Part shown: in pieces, positions 1-8,291 of the stretch
Layout of the letters: each line of letters begins with the position of its first letter
How positions within the stretch are numbered: the first letter of the stretch is position 1
NCBI GenBank assembly: GCA_001917995.1
Contig: MNFB01000008.1
Coordinates: 1 to 46,474 of the forward strand
Length of the DNA stretch: 46,474 bases
Direction of reading: 5' to 3'
Source of the DNA: Thaumarchaeota archaeon 13_1_40CM_4_38_7
Lineage (GTDB): Archaea; Thermoproteota; Nitrososphaeria; Nitrososphaerales; Nitrosopumilaceae
The notes under the pieces: model-generated
What the model saw: only the letters and a program-made list of their open reading frames with translations
The model's database searches: none
What the model was told of the DNA's origin: nothing
Translations under genes and position numbers: made by a program

Positions 1-870
1 ATTCCAATAGACAGGCAATCAACTGCGAAAATGCTTGGATTCAAGGGACTAGTAGAAAATTCCATTGATGCTACCACTTCACGTGATTTTGTAGCAGAAT
101 ATTTGGCAAACGCCTCAATACTAATGACAAATCTTAGCAGGATGGCAGAAGATTTTATCATATGGTCAACTTCTGAATTTTCTTTTATCGAGTTGGCAGA
201 CAAGTTTACGTCAACGTCTAGTGTCATGCCACAGAAAAAAAACCCAGACATACTTGAATTGATTCGAGGTAAAACTGCTCAAGTTATAGGATCCCAGATT
301 ACAGTACTAACAAATCTAAAGGGGCTTCCTTCGGGGTACAGCCGAGATTTACAGCAAATTAAGGTCTCTATCTGGCCAACATCTAAGATCGTAATATCAT
401 CACTTGTCGTAGTCAACTCGCTTCTGAAAACCATGAAAGTAAATGAAAAGAGGCTTAGACAAGCAATAGAGAGTGGATATTCTATCTCTCTTGACATTGC
501 AGAACACATGGTAAAAAAAGGAGTTCCATTTAGAACTGCACATAAGATAGTAGGTCAGCTAGTCCAAACTTCTTCAAATTCAAAAAAACCTCTAACACAA
601 CTCTCTGCTTCTGAAGTACAAAACGCCATTCCAAATAAAGAAATTAATGCAAAAGAACTTTACAAAATCATCCAGTCTACGACTCCCGAGTCATCACTTC
701 AAAGCCGAAAGTCTCAAGGATCTTCTGGTAAACATGAACAGCAAAGAATGATTGCAGATAGGAAAAGGAAGATTCAAGCATACATTGTTGGAACAGCTAA
801 GAGGACAAATGAAGTGAGGAGCGCAATTGAGGGCCTGGAAAAGCACGTAAAATCACTGATTAAAAAATAA
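1..870 (+). CDS. argH: Argininosuccinate lyase, 5'-truncated by the window edge
   Basis: Frame is open from base 1 (IPIDRQSTAKMLGF...). Carries the fumarate-lyase signature SSVMPQKKNPD plus SRDF and GVPFRTAH motifs. Confidence 0.95.
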   Translation: MPIDRQSTAKMLGFKGLVENSIDATTSRDFVAEYLANASILMTNLSRMAEDFIIWSTSEFSFIELADKFTSTSSVMPQKKNPDILELIRGKTAQVIGSQITVLTNLKGLPSGYSRDLQQIKVSIWPTSKIVISSLVVVNSLLKTMKVNEKRLRQAIESGYSISLDIAEHMVKKGVPFRTAHKIVGQLVQTSSNSKKPLTQLSASEVQNAIPNKEINAKELYKIIQSTTPESSLQSRKSQGSSGKHEQQRMIADRKRKIQAYIVGTAKRTNEVRSAIEGLEKHVKSLIKK

Positions 871-958
871 AGACTAGTAAAGCACACATAAGTTTGCAGA
901 ATAGAACATCAGCTCAGAAGTTAGGAGTAATGGAAAGGAAAGCAAAGTGGATGGATTT

Positions 959-983
959 GTTAGAATTAGCAATTAATTCTAAC
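959..983. repeat. Perfect 10-bp inverted repeat (GTTAGAATTA-gcaat-TAATTCTAAC), possible operator or hairpin
   Basis: Arms at 959-968 and 974-983, about 40 bp upstream of the 1023 ORF. Function not established. Confidence 0.4.
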
Positions 984-1022
984 CAATAAGAACAAGCACA
1001 TATACGATATTAGGAATTAACG

Positions 1023-1532
1023 TTGAAAAAATCACACATTTACATCTCAATGGTGGGATTCAATATTTTGGTTGTAAGTGTAACTTTGATAGTGTGGTAC
1101 TATTTTACCGAGTTTGATTTGAATTTAATAATGGCTCCCTCTCCGATGGGAACAGTTCATGTTATTGATGAAAATGATCTCGCAAAACTACCATGGATCA
1201 AGGACATACCAACCAATGTAGAGAAAAGTGAAAAATACTGCCGTAGTGAACATGGTTGCTATTGCATTGGTCAGGATTGCCCGAATTTTCCTAGAATACA
1301 TATCTATCAATTAAATTCTGTTGTTGAAACGCTACAATTAACAAAAAGTGTTTATTCGTTTGGAACAGATATCGATAATTATTATGGATGGATTGAATAT
1401 AATGGAAAATATTACGGCATAAGTTTTCGTGTACCTGAATATGATAGAAATTACATCGCTTATGGTCTGATAGCTTGTATAGTAGGCACACTTGCGATTG
1501 CGTTAGTTTGGGCAAAATTTAGACCTAGATAA
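1023..1532 (+). CDS. Hypothetical membrane protein with N- and C-terminal TM helices and a Cys-containing loop
   Basis: 169-aa ORF (TTG start) with two hydrophobic segments and a CRSEHGCYCIGQDC loop. Confidence 0.65.
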   Translation: MKKSHIYISMVGFNILVVSVTLIVWYYFTEFDLNLIMAPSPMGTVHVIDENDLAKLPWIKDIPTNVEKSEKYCRSEHGCYCIGQDCPNFPRIHIYQLNSVVETLQLTKSVYSFGTDIDNYYGWIEYNGKYYGISFRVPEYDRNYIAYGLIACIVGTLAIALVWAKFRPR

Positions 1533-1748
1533 GACATCAACCAAGTTGAAACTACCACCCAAATTTCAACAACCGTTTACAACACCCTTAGAATCAACAG
1601 AGCCCAAAATAATAGAAAAACCTGTTCTAAACTAAAATTTTCTATAAACCCTCAAGGTCAAAAACACGATTTTAATGTAGGAATCTTGACTTTTATATTG
1701 ATTTTACTTCACATGCCAGCAGATAAAAAATTCTCGTAATTTGCTCTC

Positions 1749-1958
1749 ATGTACCAAGTCGTACAACCACAATCGAACAACCCTAACTACACTGCGGGAC
1801 AGACCTGGGGGGCATTGAAGAAAGCATGGCGGGGATACAAGATTGCTAAAGTACAAAGCGACCACGCCAAAATGGCAGAATATGCTAAAAAGATTAGAAC
1901 CCTTCAGGGTGATTTGGGAGTTAAGAAAGCTGAATTCCCAGAACTGAACCTAAGTTAG
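1749..1958 (+). CDS. Small basic helical hypothetical protein (69 aa)
   Basis: ATG start, protein-like composition, followed by a T-rich tract at about 1968-1978. Confidence 0.75.
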   Translation: MYQVVQPQSNNPNYTAGQTWGALKKAWRGYKIAKVQSDHAKMAEYAKKIRTLQGDLGVKKAEFPELNLS

Positions 1959-2047
1959 TTAGAACCCCTTTATTTTTGAAAAAATATTACTAACCTGAGT
2001 TAGAAACTATTTCTAGACAACGATTGTCATTACGATTTACGTTAAAG

Positions 2048-2121
2048 CGGGTTCGCGGGGATTCGGACCCCGGACAGCCGGATTAAAAGTCCGGTACTCT
2101 ACCTGGCTGAGCTACGAACCC
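2048..2121 (-). tRNA. tRNA-Lys(TTT)
   Basis: Reverse complement folds as GGGTTCG/CGAACCC acceptor stem and CCGGA-CTTTTAA-TCCGG anticodon arm. The T-loop reads TCCGAAT. Confidence 0.95.
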
Positions 2122-2218
2122 ACAGCGAAGGTTCATAGTTGTGTATAATTTAGTCTTTTACAAAATTTGTCGATGAAAAGAAAGCTTTAAACTCATATTT
2201 TTGTCCACAGTATTTTAC

Positions 2219-2329
2219 GCCCTTGTAGTATAGTGGGGATGTGGTTAAGATCCAATCCTCGTAAAACCCGGTCTAGAATGGGGCCCTGTCACGGCCTCGA
2301 CGCGAGTTCAAATCCCGCCAAGGGCGCCA
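2219..2329 (+). tRNA. tRNA-Asp(GTC) with 33-nt intron at position 15/16 (2234-2266) and encoded CCA
   Basis: GCCCTTG/CAAGGGC acceptor stem and GGGCC-CTGTCAC-GGCCT anticodon arm. Removing 2234-2266 restores the D-arm GTATAG|CCCGGTCTAGAAT. TATA-like TTTAAA lies near 2186. Confidence 0.93.
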
Positions 2330-2368
2330 TAATTTTTCATGACACAAAATTTCAAAATGATAGTCTAG

Positions 2369-3172
2369 TCAGATAATACCTAGTTTCTTAATTGTTTCAT
2401 TGAGAATTTCTTTGTTGGCTGCAGCCACAAATGAAATCCTTTTATCATAACCTAATTCTGATTCAAGCGCTTTCCCATTCTTATCCACTATGAACCCACC
2501 AGCTTCTTGTGCAATAAGGTATCCTGCTGCAACATCTGTAATTCTCAACTTTTCACGTAAATCAACGAACAAGTCCACCAATCCTCGTGCAAATATGGCA
2601 AGTTCAAGAGCTACGGCACCAAAATGTCTTATGTGATTTGACTCTGAAATAATTGGTGACAATCTTTCAAGCGTATCAGGTGAAATTCCGGATATGTCAA
2701 GACCAACTACAAAGTAAAGGGGTTTTTCCTTGTGTACTTGGATTTTATGGCCATTCATGAATGCCCCATTGCCTTTTGATGCAGAGTATAGGTCGCCACT
2801 GTACAAGTCAATGACAACTGCATCCGTTATAGAACTGAGTTTATTATCGGTTGCAAATGCAAGCGAACAACAAGAAAAAGGAATGCCCCTGACAGCATTG
2901 GTTGAACCATCAACGGCATCCATTATAACAATTCCATTTGTTTTCTCAGAAAGTTCAACACGACCGCATTCTTCACCTAGTACAACACACTCAAAATTTA
3001 TCTCCTTTAGGTAATCTAGTACGGTCTTTTCTGCAAGTACATCTATTCTTCTTGAGATATCTCCTCCAGCTCCTCTGCCAAAATCCCCACCAGATTCCTT
3101 TGTTCCGGGTAGGTGCTTTACATTATCGTAAACTCGTCTTGCAGCTTCTTCTAGTACCTCTATTACTTTCAT
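2369..3172 (-). CDS. suhB: Inositol monophosphatase / fructose-1,6-bisphosphatase family protein
   Basis: Motifs GEE, DAVDGSTN and DVAAG. Confidence 0.88.
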   Translation of the reverse strand: MKVIEVLEEAARRVYDNVKHLPGTKESGGDFGRGAGGDISRRIDVLAEKTVLDYLKEINFECVVLGEECGRVELSEKTNGIVIMDAVDGSTNAVRGIPFSCCSLAFATDNKLSSITDAVVIDLYSGDLYSASKGNGAFMNGHKIQVHKEKPLYFVVGLDISGISPDTLERLSPIISESNHIRHFGAVALELAIFARGLVDLFVDLREKLRITDVAAGYLIAQEAGGFIVDKNGKALESELGYDKRISFVAAANKEILNETIKKLGII

Positions 3173-3257
3173 GAATTTTCTGACAATGGTCCTAATTTAT
3201 TTTAAGTAATTAGAAATTTGGCTCAATGCATAAATAGCAAAAAAGTTGTGCCAATGT

Positions 3258-4376
3258 GTGAGTGGTAAGGACGAGTCTATTTTCAGCAAGGAAGCCTTGC
3301 TGTCTACAAAACCAGGCAAGAGCATAGTTAAACAAGCATTGCTCAAGAGTAAAGGTTACAGGCAGTTTGACAAGTACAAAAAGGACGCCGAGGAAGAATT
3401 TCCAAAATTCGCTAAGCGATTTGCCGAAGATCTATTGAGAGAAATAAAGTCAGACCCTAATCCAGACCAGACACAAGAAAAATTTGCAGCAGAGGTGGAT
3501 TCAAAGGAAATTACACTTGAAAAATCGCAGATAGGTGCAGTAAAAACAAGGATTGAAAACTATGAAATTATCCTTGATAGAGTTTTAAGAATACTTAATT
3601 CTAATTTTGTTAAAATGACATTTCCAGTCTTCAATGCTCTCTATGACGCCTCTGCGCAATATTTCGGTGATGTGGATGATAACAAAAAAAGAACAGACAT
3701 TATAGACGGCCATATCATAGCAATTGATCTTAGTGAGCCAATGGACAGAATAATGGACAGGGATGAAGATATCGAGTTTCTAGATGATTACAAGCTAATG
3801 AATCCATATATCCTAAAACTTGCAAGAGATAAAATTGCTAGCGGGGGGCAAGTGGTTTTAGAAGAATTTGAACGAGGTTTTAAGGACGCAAGAATTGGGC
3901 AATATATCGATTTTAAGCTAAAAACAAATCCAAAAAGTATCACAGAAGAAGAAATGATTCAATGCTACAAAAAATACAGAGCTGTGATGGGAACTGCAGG
4001 CAAAAACATGACACTTGCCAGATTTCCTTTAGGTGAAGTATTTTGCCTAGGCATGGCAAAAGCGGCCGAGTCAGTAGGCTGTGGCAACGAAATCGAAGAT
4101 TCAATTAAGAACAAATTTGTAAAGATTCCCTCTTGGCCTCTTTATTATAGCCTTCTTACAAATGATGTCCGAAGAGGCTTTGAATTTACTATGAAAAAGA
4201 GTGAACTATACCTAAATGAAGCAAGACTTGCTCTGGAACTACTACCACAAAACTTTTCACACAAGGATTTTCTAGAATTGCTCTTTCTAACAGTTGAGCA
4301 TTACAACACATTTTGGTTCAATCAACTTCAAAAGGAAAAATTATGGAATGAATTTGCATCAAAACTTCCCAAGTGA
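3258..4376 (+). CDS. Conserved hypothetical protein, probable degenerate isoprenoid-synthase (trans-IPPS) fold
   Basis: Long ORF, likely GTG start at 3258 downstream of a TATA-like ATAAATA. IPPS-like motif remnants are described in findings. Confidence 0.75.
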   Translation: MSGKDESIFSKEALLSTKPGKSIVKQALLKSKGYRQFDKYKKDAEEEFPKFAKRFAEDLLREIKSDPNPDQTQEKFAAEVDSKEITLEKSQIGAVKTRIENYEIILDRVLRILNSNFVKMTFPVFNALYDASAQYFGDVDDNKKRTDIIDGHIIAIDLSEPMDRIMDRDEDIEFLDDYKLMNPYILKLARDKIASGGQVVLEEFERGFKDARIGQYIDFKLKTNPKSITEEEMIQCYKKYRAVMGTAGKNMTLARFPLGEVFCLGMAKAAESVGCGNEIEDSIKNKFVKIPSWPLYYSLLTNDVRRGFEFTMKKSELYLNEARLALELLPQNFSHKDFLELLFLTVEHYNTFWFNQLQKEKLWNEFASKLPK

Positions 4377-4382
4377 TCATAA

Positions 4383-5543
4383 ATGATGTGGTCTGAAAAA
4401 TATAGGCCAAAAAATATACTTGAGATGATCGGAAACGAGGAAGCGAAAGAATCATTTGTAAATTGGCTTGGAAAATGGATCAAAGGCACCAAGCCCTTAT
4501 TGTTGATAGGACCACCTGGTATTGGAAAAACTACGATATCTTTGCTTGGCGCAAAACAATTTGGTTATGACATGATTGGTCTTAACGCAAGTGACGTAAG
4601 GAGCAAACAAAGAATTCAAGAAATACTTGGCCCCGTTCTAGGTAGCACAGGAATATTTGGCAAACCGATGATCTTTGTAGACGAGGTAGATGGGATTCAT
4701 GGCAGATCAGACTATGGTGGTGTTGAAGCGTTGGTGGAAATTTTAAAGGAACCCACTGTGCCTATAGTGCTGGCTGCGAATTCTGACACGTCTGACAAAA
4801 TGAAAGCAATCAAAAAAGTTACAACAACTATAAAGTTTAGACCTCTTCCTCCAAGACTTTTACGATTTTATCTTGAAGAAATTCTTAGACGTGAAGGAAC
4901 ATCACTTAAGATTGGTACTATTATAAAATTGGTTATTGATTCACGTGGTGACATGAGATCTATGCTAAACTCTGCACAAGCTCTTGTTACTGGTTTTGAA
5001 CCACAAATTGATAGATCTTTTGAAACAACAAATGTTGAAGATTCGATAAATGCATTCTTTAAAGCCAAGTCATCTGATGAAGCAAGAGCAATATTGTATT
5101 CTTTGAGAATTGATCCTCGAGAAAAAATTAATGCATTTTATTCAAGTGTGATAACCAGTCCTATTTCTAAAGACCTTCTCAAAGAAATGCTAGATGTTAT
5201 ATCGGAAGCTGATGTGTTATACGGAAAGATAGTAAGAAACCAAGAATGGAGACTTTTACGATATCTTGACTCTATTCTGTTACGCCTCTACAAGGAAGGA
5301 GTGCCAATACGATATTCCCAATTTAACCTTCCATGGGCTATGCTTAACAGACTGAGATGGGATGGCAGGGCAATCAAGGAATTGGCTACAAGCCTGGCAA
5401 AACGCATGCATGTTTCTCGCAGTACCTTTTCTACGTTTTATTTGCCTTATCTACTGTGTTGCATAAAAAACAAAACGCTGGAAATAGATCTGGCCGATTC
5501 CTATAATGAAATTGTACAAAAGGAGATGGCATCAATAAAATGA
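4383..5543 (+). CDS. rfcL: Replication factor C large subunit
   Basis: WSEKYRP, Walker A GPPGIGKT, LNASD, Walker B VDEVD and GDMR motifs. Confidence 0.92.
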   Translation: MMWSEKYRPKNILEMIGNEEAKESFVNWLGKWIKGTKPLLLIGPPGIGKTTISLLGAKQFGYDMIGLNASDVRSKQRIQEILGPVLGSTGIFGKPMIFVDEVDGIHGRSDYGGVEALVEILKEPTVPIVLAANSDTSDKMKAIKKVTTTIKFRPLPPRLLRFYLEEILRREGTSLKIGTIIKLVIDSRGDMRSMLNSAQALVTGFEPQIDRSFETTNVEDSINAFFKAKSSDEARAILYSLRIDPREKINAFYSSVITSPISKDLLKEMLDVISEADVLYGKIVRNQEWRLLRYLDSILLRLYKEGVPIRYSQFNLPWAMLNRLRWDGRAIKELATSLAKRMHVSRSTFSTFYLPYLLCCIKNKTLEIDLADSYNEIVQKEMASIK

Positions 5544-5854
5544 GCTGGCGCGCTATACCGATGAAATTCCCTGGAACCTGTATAGTTTGTAAAAAGAAAG
5601 TTGAGGTAAATGAAGTTGCTTTATGGGCAAAGGGACTAGGAATTAAACATCAAGCATGTGCTCAGGTCAAAGAGCTAAAATGTGTGGTGTGTGAAGGCCC
5701 AGCAGGTTGTCCTCATTGTGAATTTGCTGATGATTGTGACCTTAACCGAGTTTCACAACTTTGCATATGTAAGAAATGTAATGATGACAAGGAAGCGTTT
5801 TCTCTTTATCAAAAGGCCGTTTCTAAGCGGTTTCCTATGCTACAATCTAATTAA
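5540..5854 (+). CDS. Cys-rich putative multi-zinc-binding protein
   Basis: 104 aa with CxxC, HxxC, CxxC, CxxC and CxCxxC motifs. ATGA overlap with the rfcL stop. Confidence 0.8.
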   Translation: MSWRAIPMKFPGTCIVCKKKVEVNEVALWAKGLGIKHQACAQVKELKCVVCEGPAGCPHCEFADDCDLNRVSQLCICKKCNDDKEAFSLYQKAVSKRFPMLQSN

Positions 5855-6008
5855 ACTCAGTATAGGGAACAATCTGACAATAGTCTATACAATCAATAGT
5901 TCTGAAAACTAGATATTGTTTATAAGTCAACCACGTCCTATATTCTGCACCATTGTTTTTCAATCTGAAATGAATCAAAATTTTCTTCTTGCTAGGTGAT
6001 TTGATCAT
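5847..6008 (-). CDS. Small ORF (53 aa) resembling the thaumarchaeal response-regulator output domain NitrOD1; possible pseudogene remnant
   Basis: Translated by hand, below the ORF-track cutoff: MIKSPSKKKILIHFRLKNNGAEYRTWLTYKQYLVFRTIDCIDYCQIVPYTEFN. Confidence 0.5.
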   Translation of the reverse strand: MIKSPSKKKILIHFRLKNNGAEYRTWLTYKQYLVFRTIDCIDYCQIVPYTEFN

Positions 6009-6402
6009 TGCTTGTAGAAATTCATCTACTATCTTTGGTTGTGTTGTTATACTGGTAGCAGATGAAATTTCTTATGCACTCCCCACTTCATAATACTCTA
6101 GTTTTGTAGATTATTTGTATTTCGGTGTACCACAGTGAATTGTATTGACTAAAATTTTTACGCGTATTTTCTAAACGTTTCAGACAGGAATTTAATAAAA
6201 TAATTTAGAATAGCTGAATGATGCTGTGTGTACTTGATGATAATAACCGATTATACAAAGCATACAAGATTAGTTCAGGCTTTCAAAGAAGTATGTACGA
6301 TTTTCCGAGACTTGAAAAACAAATATTGCTCCTACTAGGAAATTTAGACCCAAAAATAGGCAGTAAAAGCTTAAAATTTAACATCAAAAGAATAGAAATC
6401 TA

Positions 6403-6675
6403 ATGGTAGAAGGTACCACGCATATAACTCCTCTAGATCCGGCTTTTCATGGAGAATCAAACTACGAAGTAGGATTAGAAGAACTTCTGGCCCAAAAAAG
6501 AGAACAATTAGCTAAGCTACAAGCAGATCCACAAACAACGAAAGAGACACTTCAGCTTGTAAAAGAGGAACTACAAACTCTTGAGACATTGTGGGAAAAT
6601 TATCACATTGGAATGAACGTCTTCCGTAACGCAAAGGGTGGTCGAGACGGAATTCGGGAAGCTAAAACCGAGTAA
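6403..6675 (+). CDS. Small coiled-coil hypothetical protein upstream of the carboxylase genes
   Basis: 90-aa ORF with ATG start and TATA-like TTAAA about 30 bp upstream. Confidence 0.8.
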   Translation: MVEGTTHITPLDPAFHGESNYEVGLEELLAQKREQLAKLQADPQTTKETLQLVKEELQTLETLWENYHIGMNVFRNAKGGRDGIREAKTE

Positions 6676-6711
6676 ATTAATATAGGTTGGAAATAGCTTC
6701 TAATTCAAAAT

Positions 6712-8285
6712 ATGCATTCTGATAAGATAAAAAATTTTTTACATAAACGACGCCAGGCTGAACAAGGTGGCGGAGAAGAAAAAATTCAAGCTCAACATGA
6801 AAAGGGGAAACTTACTGCCAGAGAAAGAATAGATCTATTACTTGACGAAGGAAGTTTCACAGAAGTTGATGCTATGGTAACTCATCACTACTATGAATTC
6901 GATATGCAAAGTAAGAAATTCTTCGGAGATGCTGTGATAACTGGATATGGAACAATAAACGGAAGGCAGATCTTTCTTTTTGCTTATGATTTCACCGTTC
7001 TTGGCGGCACATTAAGTGAAATGGGTGCTAAAAAAATAACAAAGATAATGGAACATGCTACTAGAGTGGGCTGTCCAATAATAGGAATCGTTGATTCAGG
7101 TGGTGCCAGAATTCAAGAGGGCATACTTAGTCTTGATGGAAAGAGGGCATACTTAGTCTTGATGGATTTGGTAGCATTTTTTATCATAACCAACTTGCTT
7201 CAGGGGTGGTTCCTCAAATTACAGCAAACATAGGACCATCAGCTGGCGGTGCAGTCTATTCCCCAGCTATGACAGACTTTGTTATAATGGTTGATAAATT
7301 AGCTACAATGTTTGTAACAGGACCTGAAGTAGTCAAGACAGTTCTTGGTGAAGAAGTTTCATTTGATGAACTAGGCGGAGCCATGTCTCATGGAAAAAAT
7401 AGTGGAGTCGCACACTTTGTTGCTAAAAATGAATACCAATGCATGGATATAGTTAAGATGCTTCTCTCATACGTACCACAAAACAGTACCCAGGAACCAC
7501 CTGTTATGGAAACAGGTGATGACCCAAACAGACTAGATAACAATTTGATAAATATAGTTCCTGAAAACTCGTTACAACCTTATGACATGAAGGAAATCAT
7601 ACACTCGATTCTTGATAACCATCTGTTTCTTGAGATACACGAATTATTTGCACAGAACATTATCGTTGGATTTGGTAGATTAAATGGAAGAACCGTTGGT
7701 ATCGTAGCAAATCAACCAATGGTCTTGGCTGGGGCACTTGATATAGATTCATCTAATAAAGCAGCGAGGTTTGTAAGATTTTGTGACTGCTATAACATTC
7801 CAATTATCACATTTGTAGATACTCCGGGATACATGCCAGGTACTCAACAAGAACATGGTGGTATAATACGTCATGGCAGTAAACTGTTGTATGCTTATTG
7901 CGAAGCAACAGTACCAAAGATCACTACTATTATTGGAAAAGCTTACGGTGGTGCCTACATTGCTATGGGCAGCAAGAATCTAGGTACTGACATGAATTAT
8001 GCGTGGCCTACTGCTCAAATTGCTGTACTTGGCTCAGAAGCAGCAGTAAAGATAATGAACAGAAAGGAAATTGACAGCGCAAAGGATCCAGTTGCATTAA
8101 AGAAACAACTTGTTGATAATTTCACAGAAAAATTTGCAAATCCGTATGTTGCAGCATCATATGGTACAATTGACACAGTAATTGATCCAGCGGAAACTAG
8201 ACCCGCACTTATACGTGCTTTGGAAGCTCTTGCTAACAAAAGAGAAAAAAGAATTCCACGCAAGCACGGAAACATTAATCTCTAG
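6712..8285 (+). pseudogene. pccB: Acetyl-CoA/propionyl-CoA carboxylase carboxyltransferase subunit, frameshifted by a 26-bp duplication (515 aa if corrected)
   Basis: ORFs 6712-7233 and 7206-8285 are the two halves (GKLTARERI, DSGGARIQEG, GGAVYSPA, DTPGY, KAYGGAY). They join in frame when one repeat copy is removed. Confidence 0.92.
7115..7166 (+). repeat. Exact tandem duplication, 2 x 26 bp (AAGAGGGCATACTTAGTCTTGATGGA)
   Basis: Copies at 7115-7140 and 7141-7166 are identical. Confidence 0.98.
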
Positions 8286-8291
8286 TTTGAC

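Noticed and set aside
6218-6403. 61-aa ORF and TGATG/CCGA box-like words
   Set aside because: No recognisable motif; it covers the promoter of the 6403 gene, and box spacing does not fit a C/D sRNA.
6403-6675. Possible fourth carboxylase subunit
   Set aside because: Only adjacency supports it, and a separate TATA-like TTAATATA near 6677 precedes the carboxyltransferase.
7206-8285. Naturally split carboxyltransferase (AccA/AccD-like)
   Set aside because: The break falls mid-domain and is fully explained by the 26-bp duplication.
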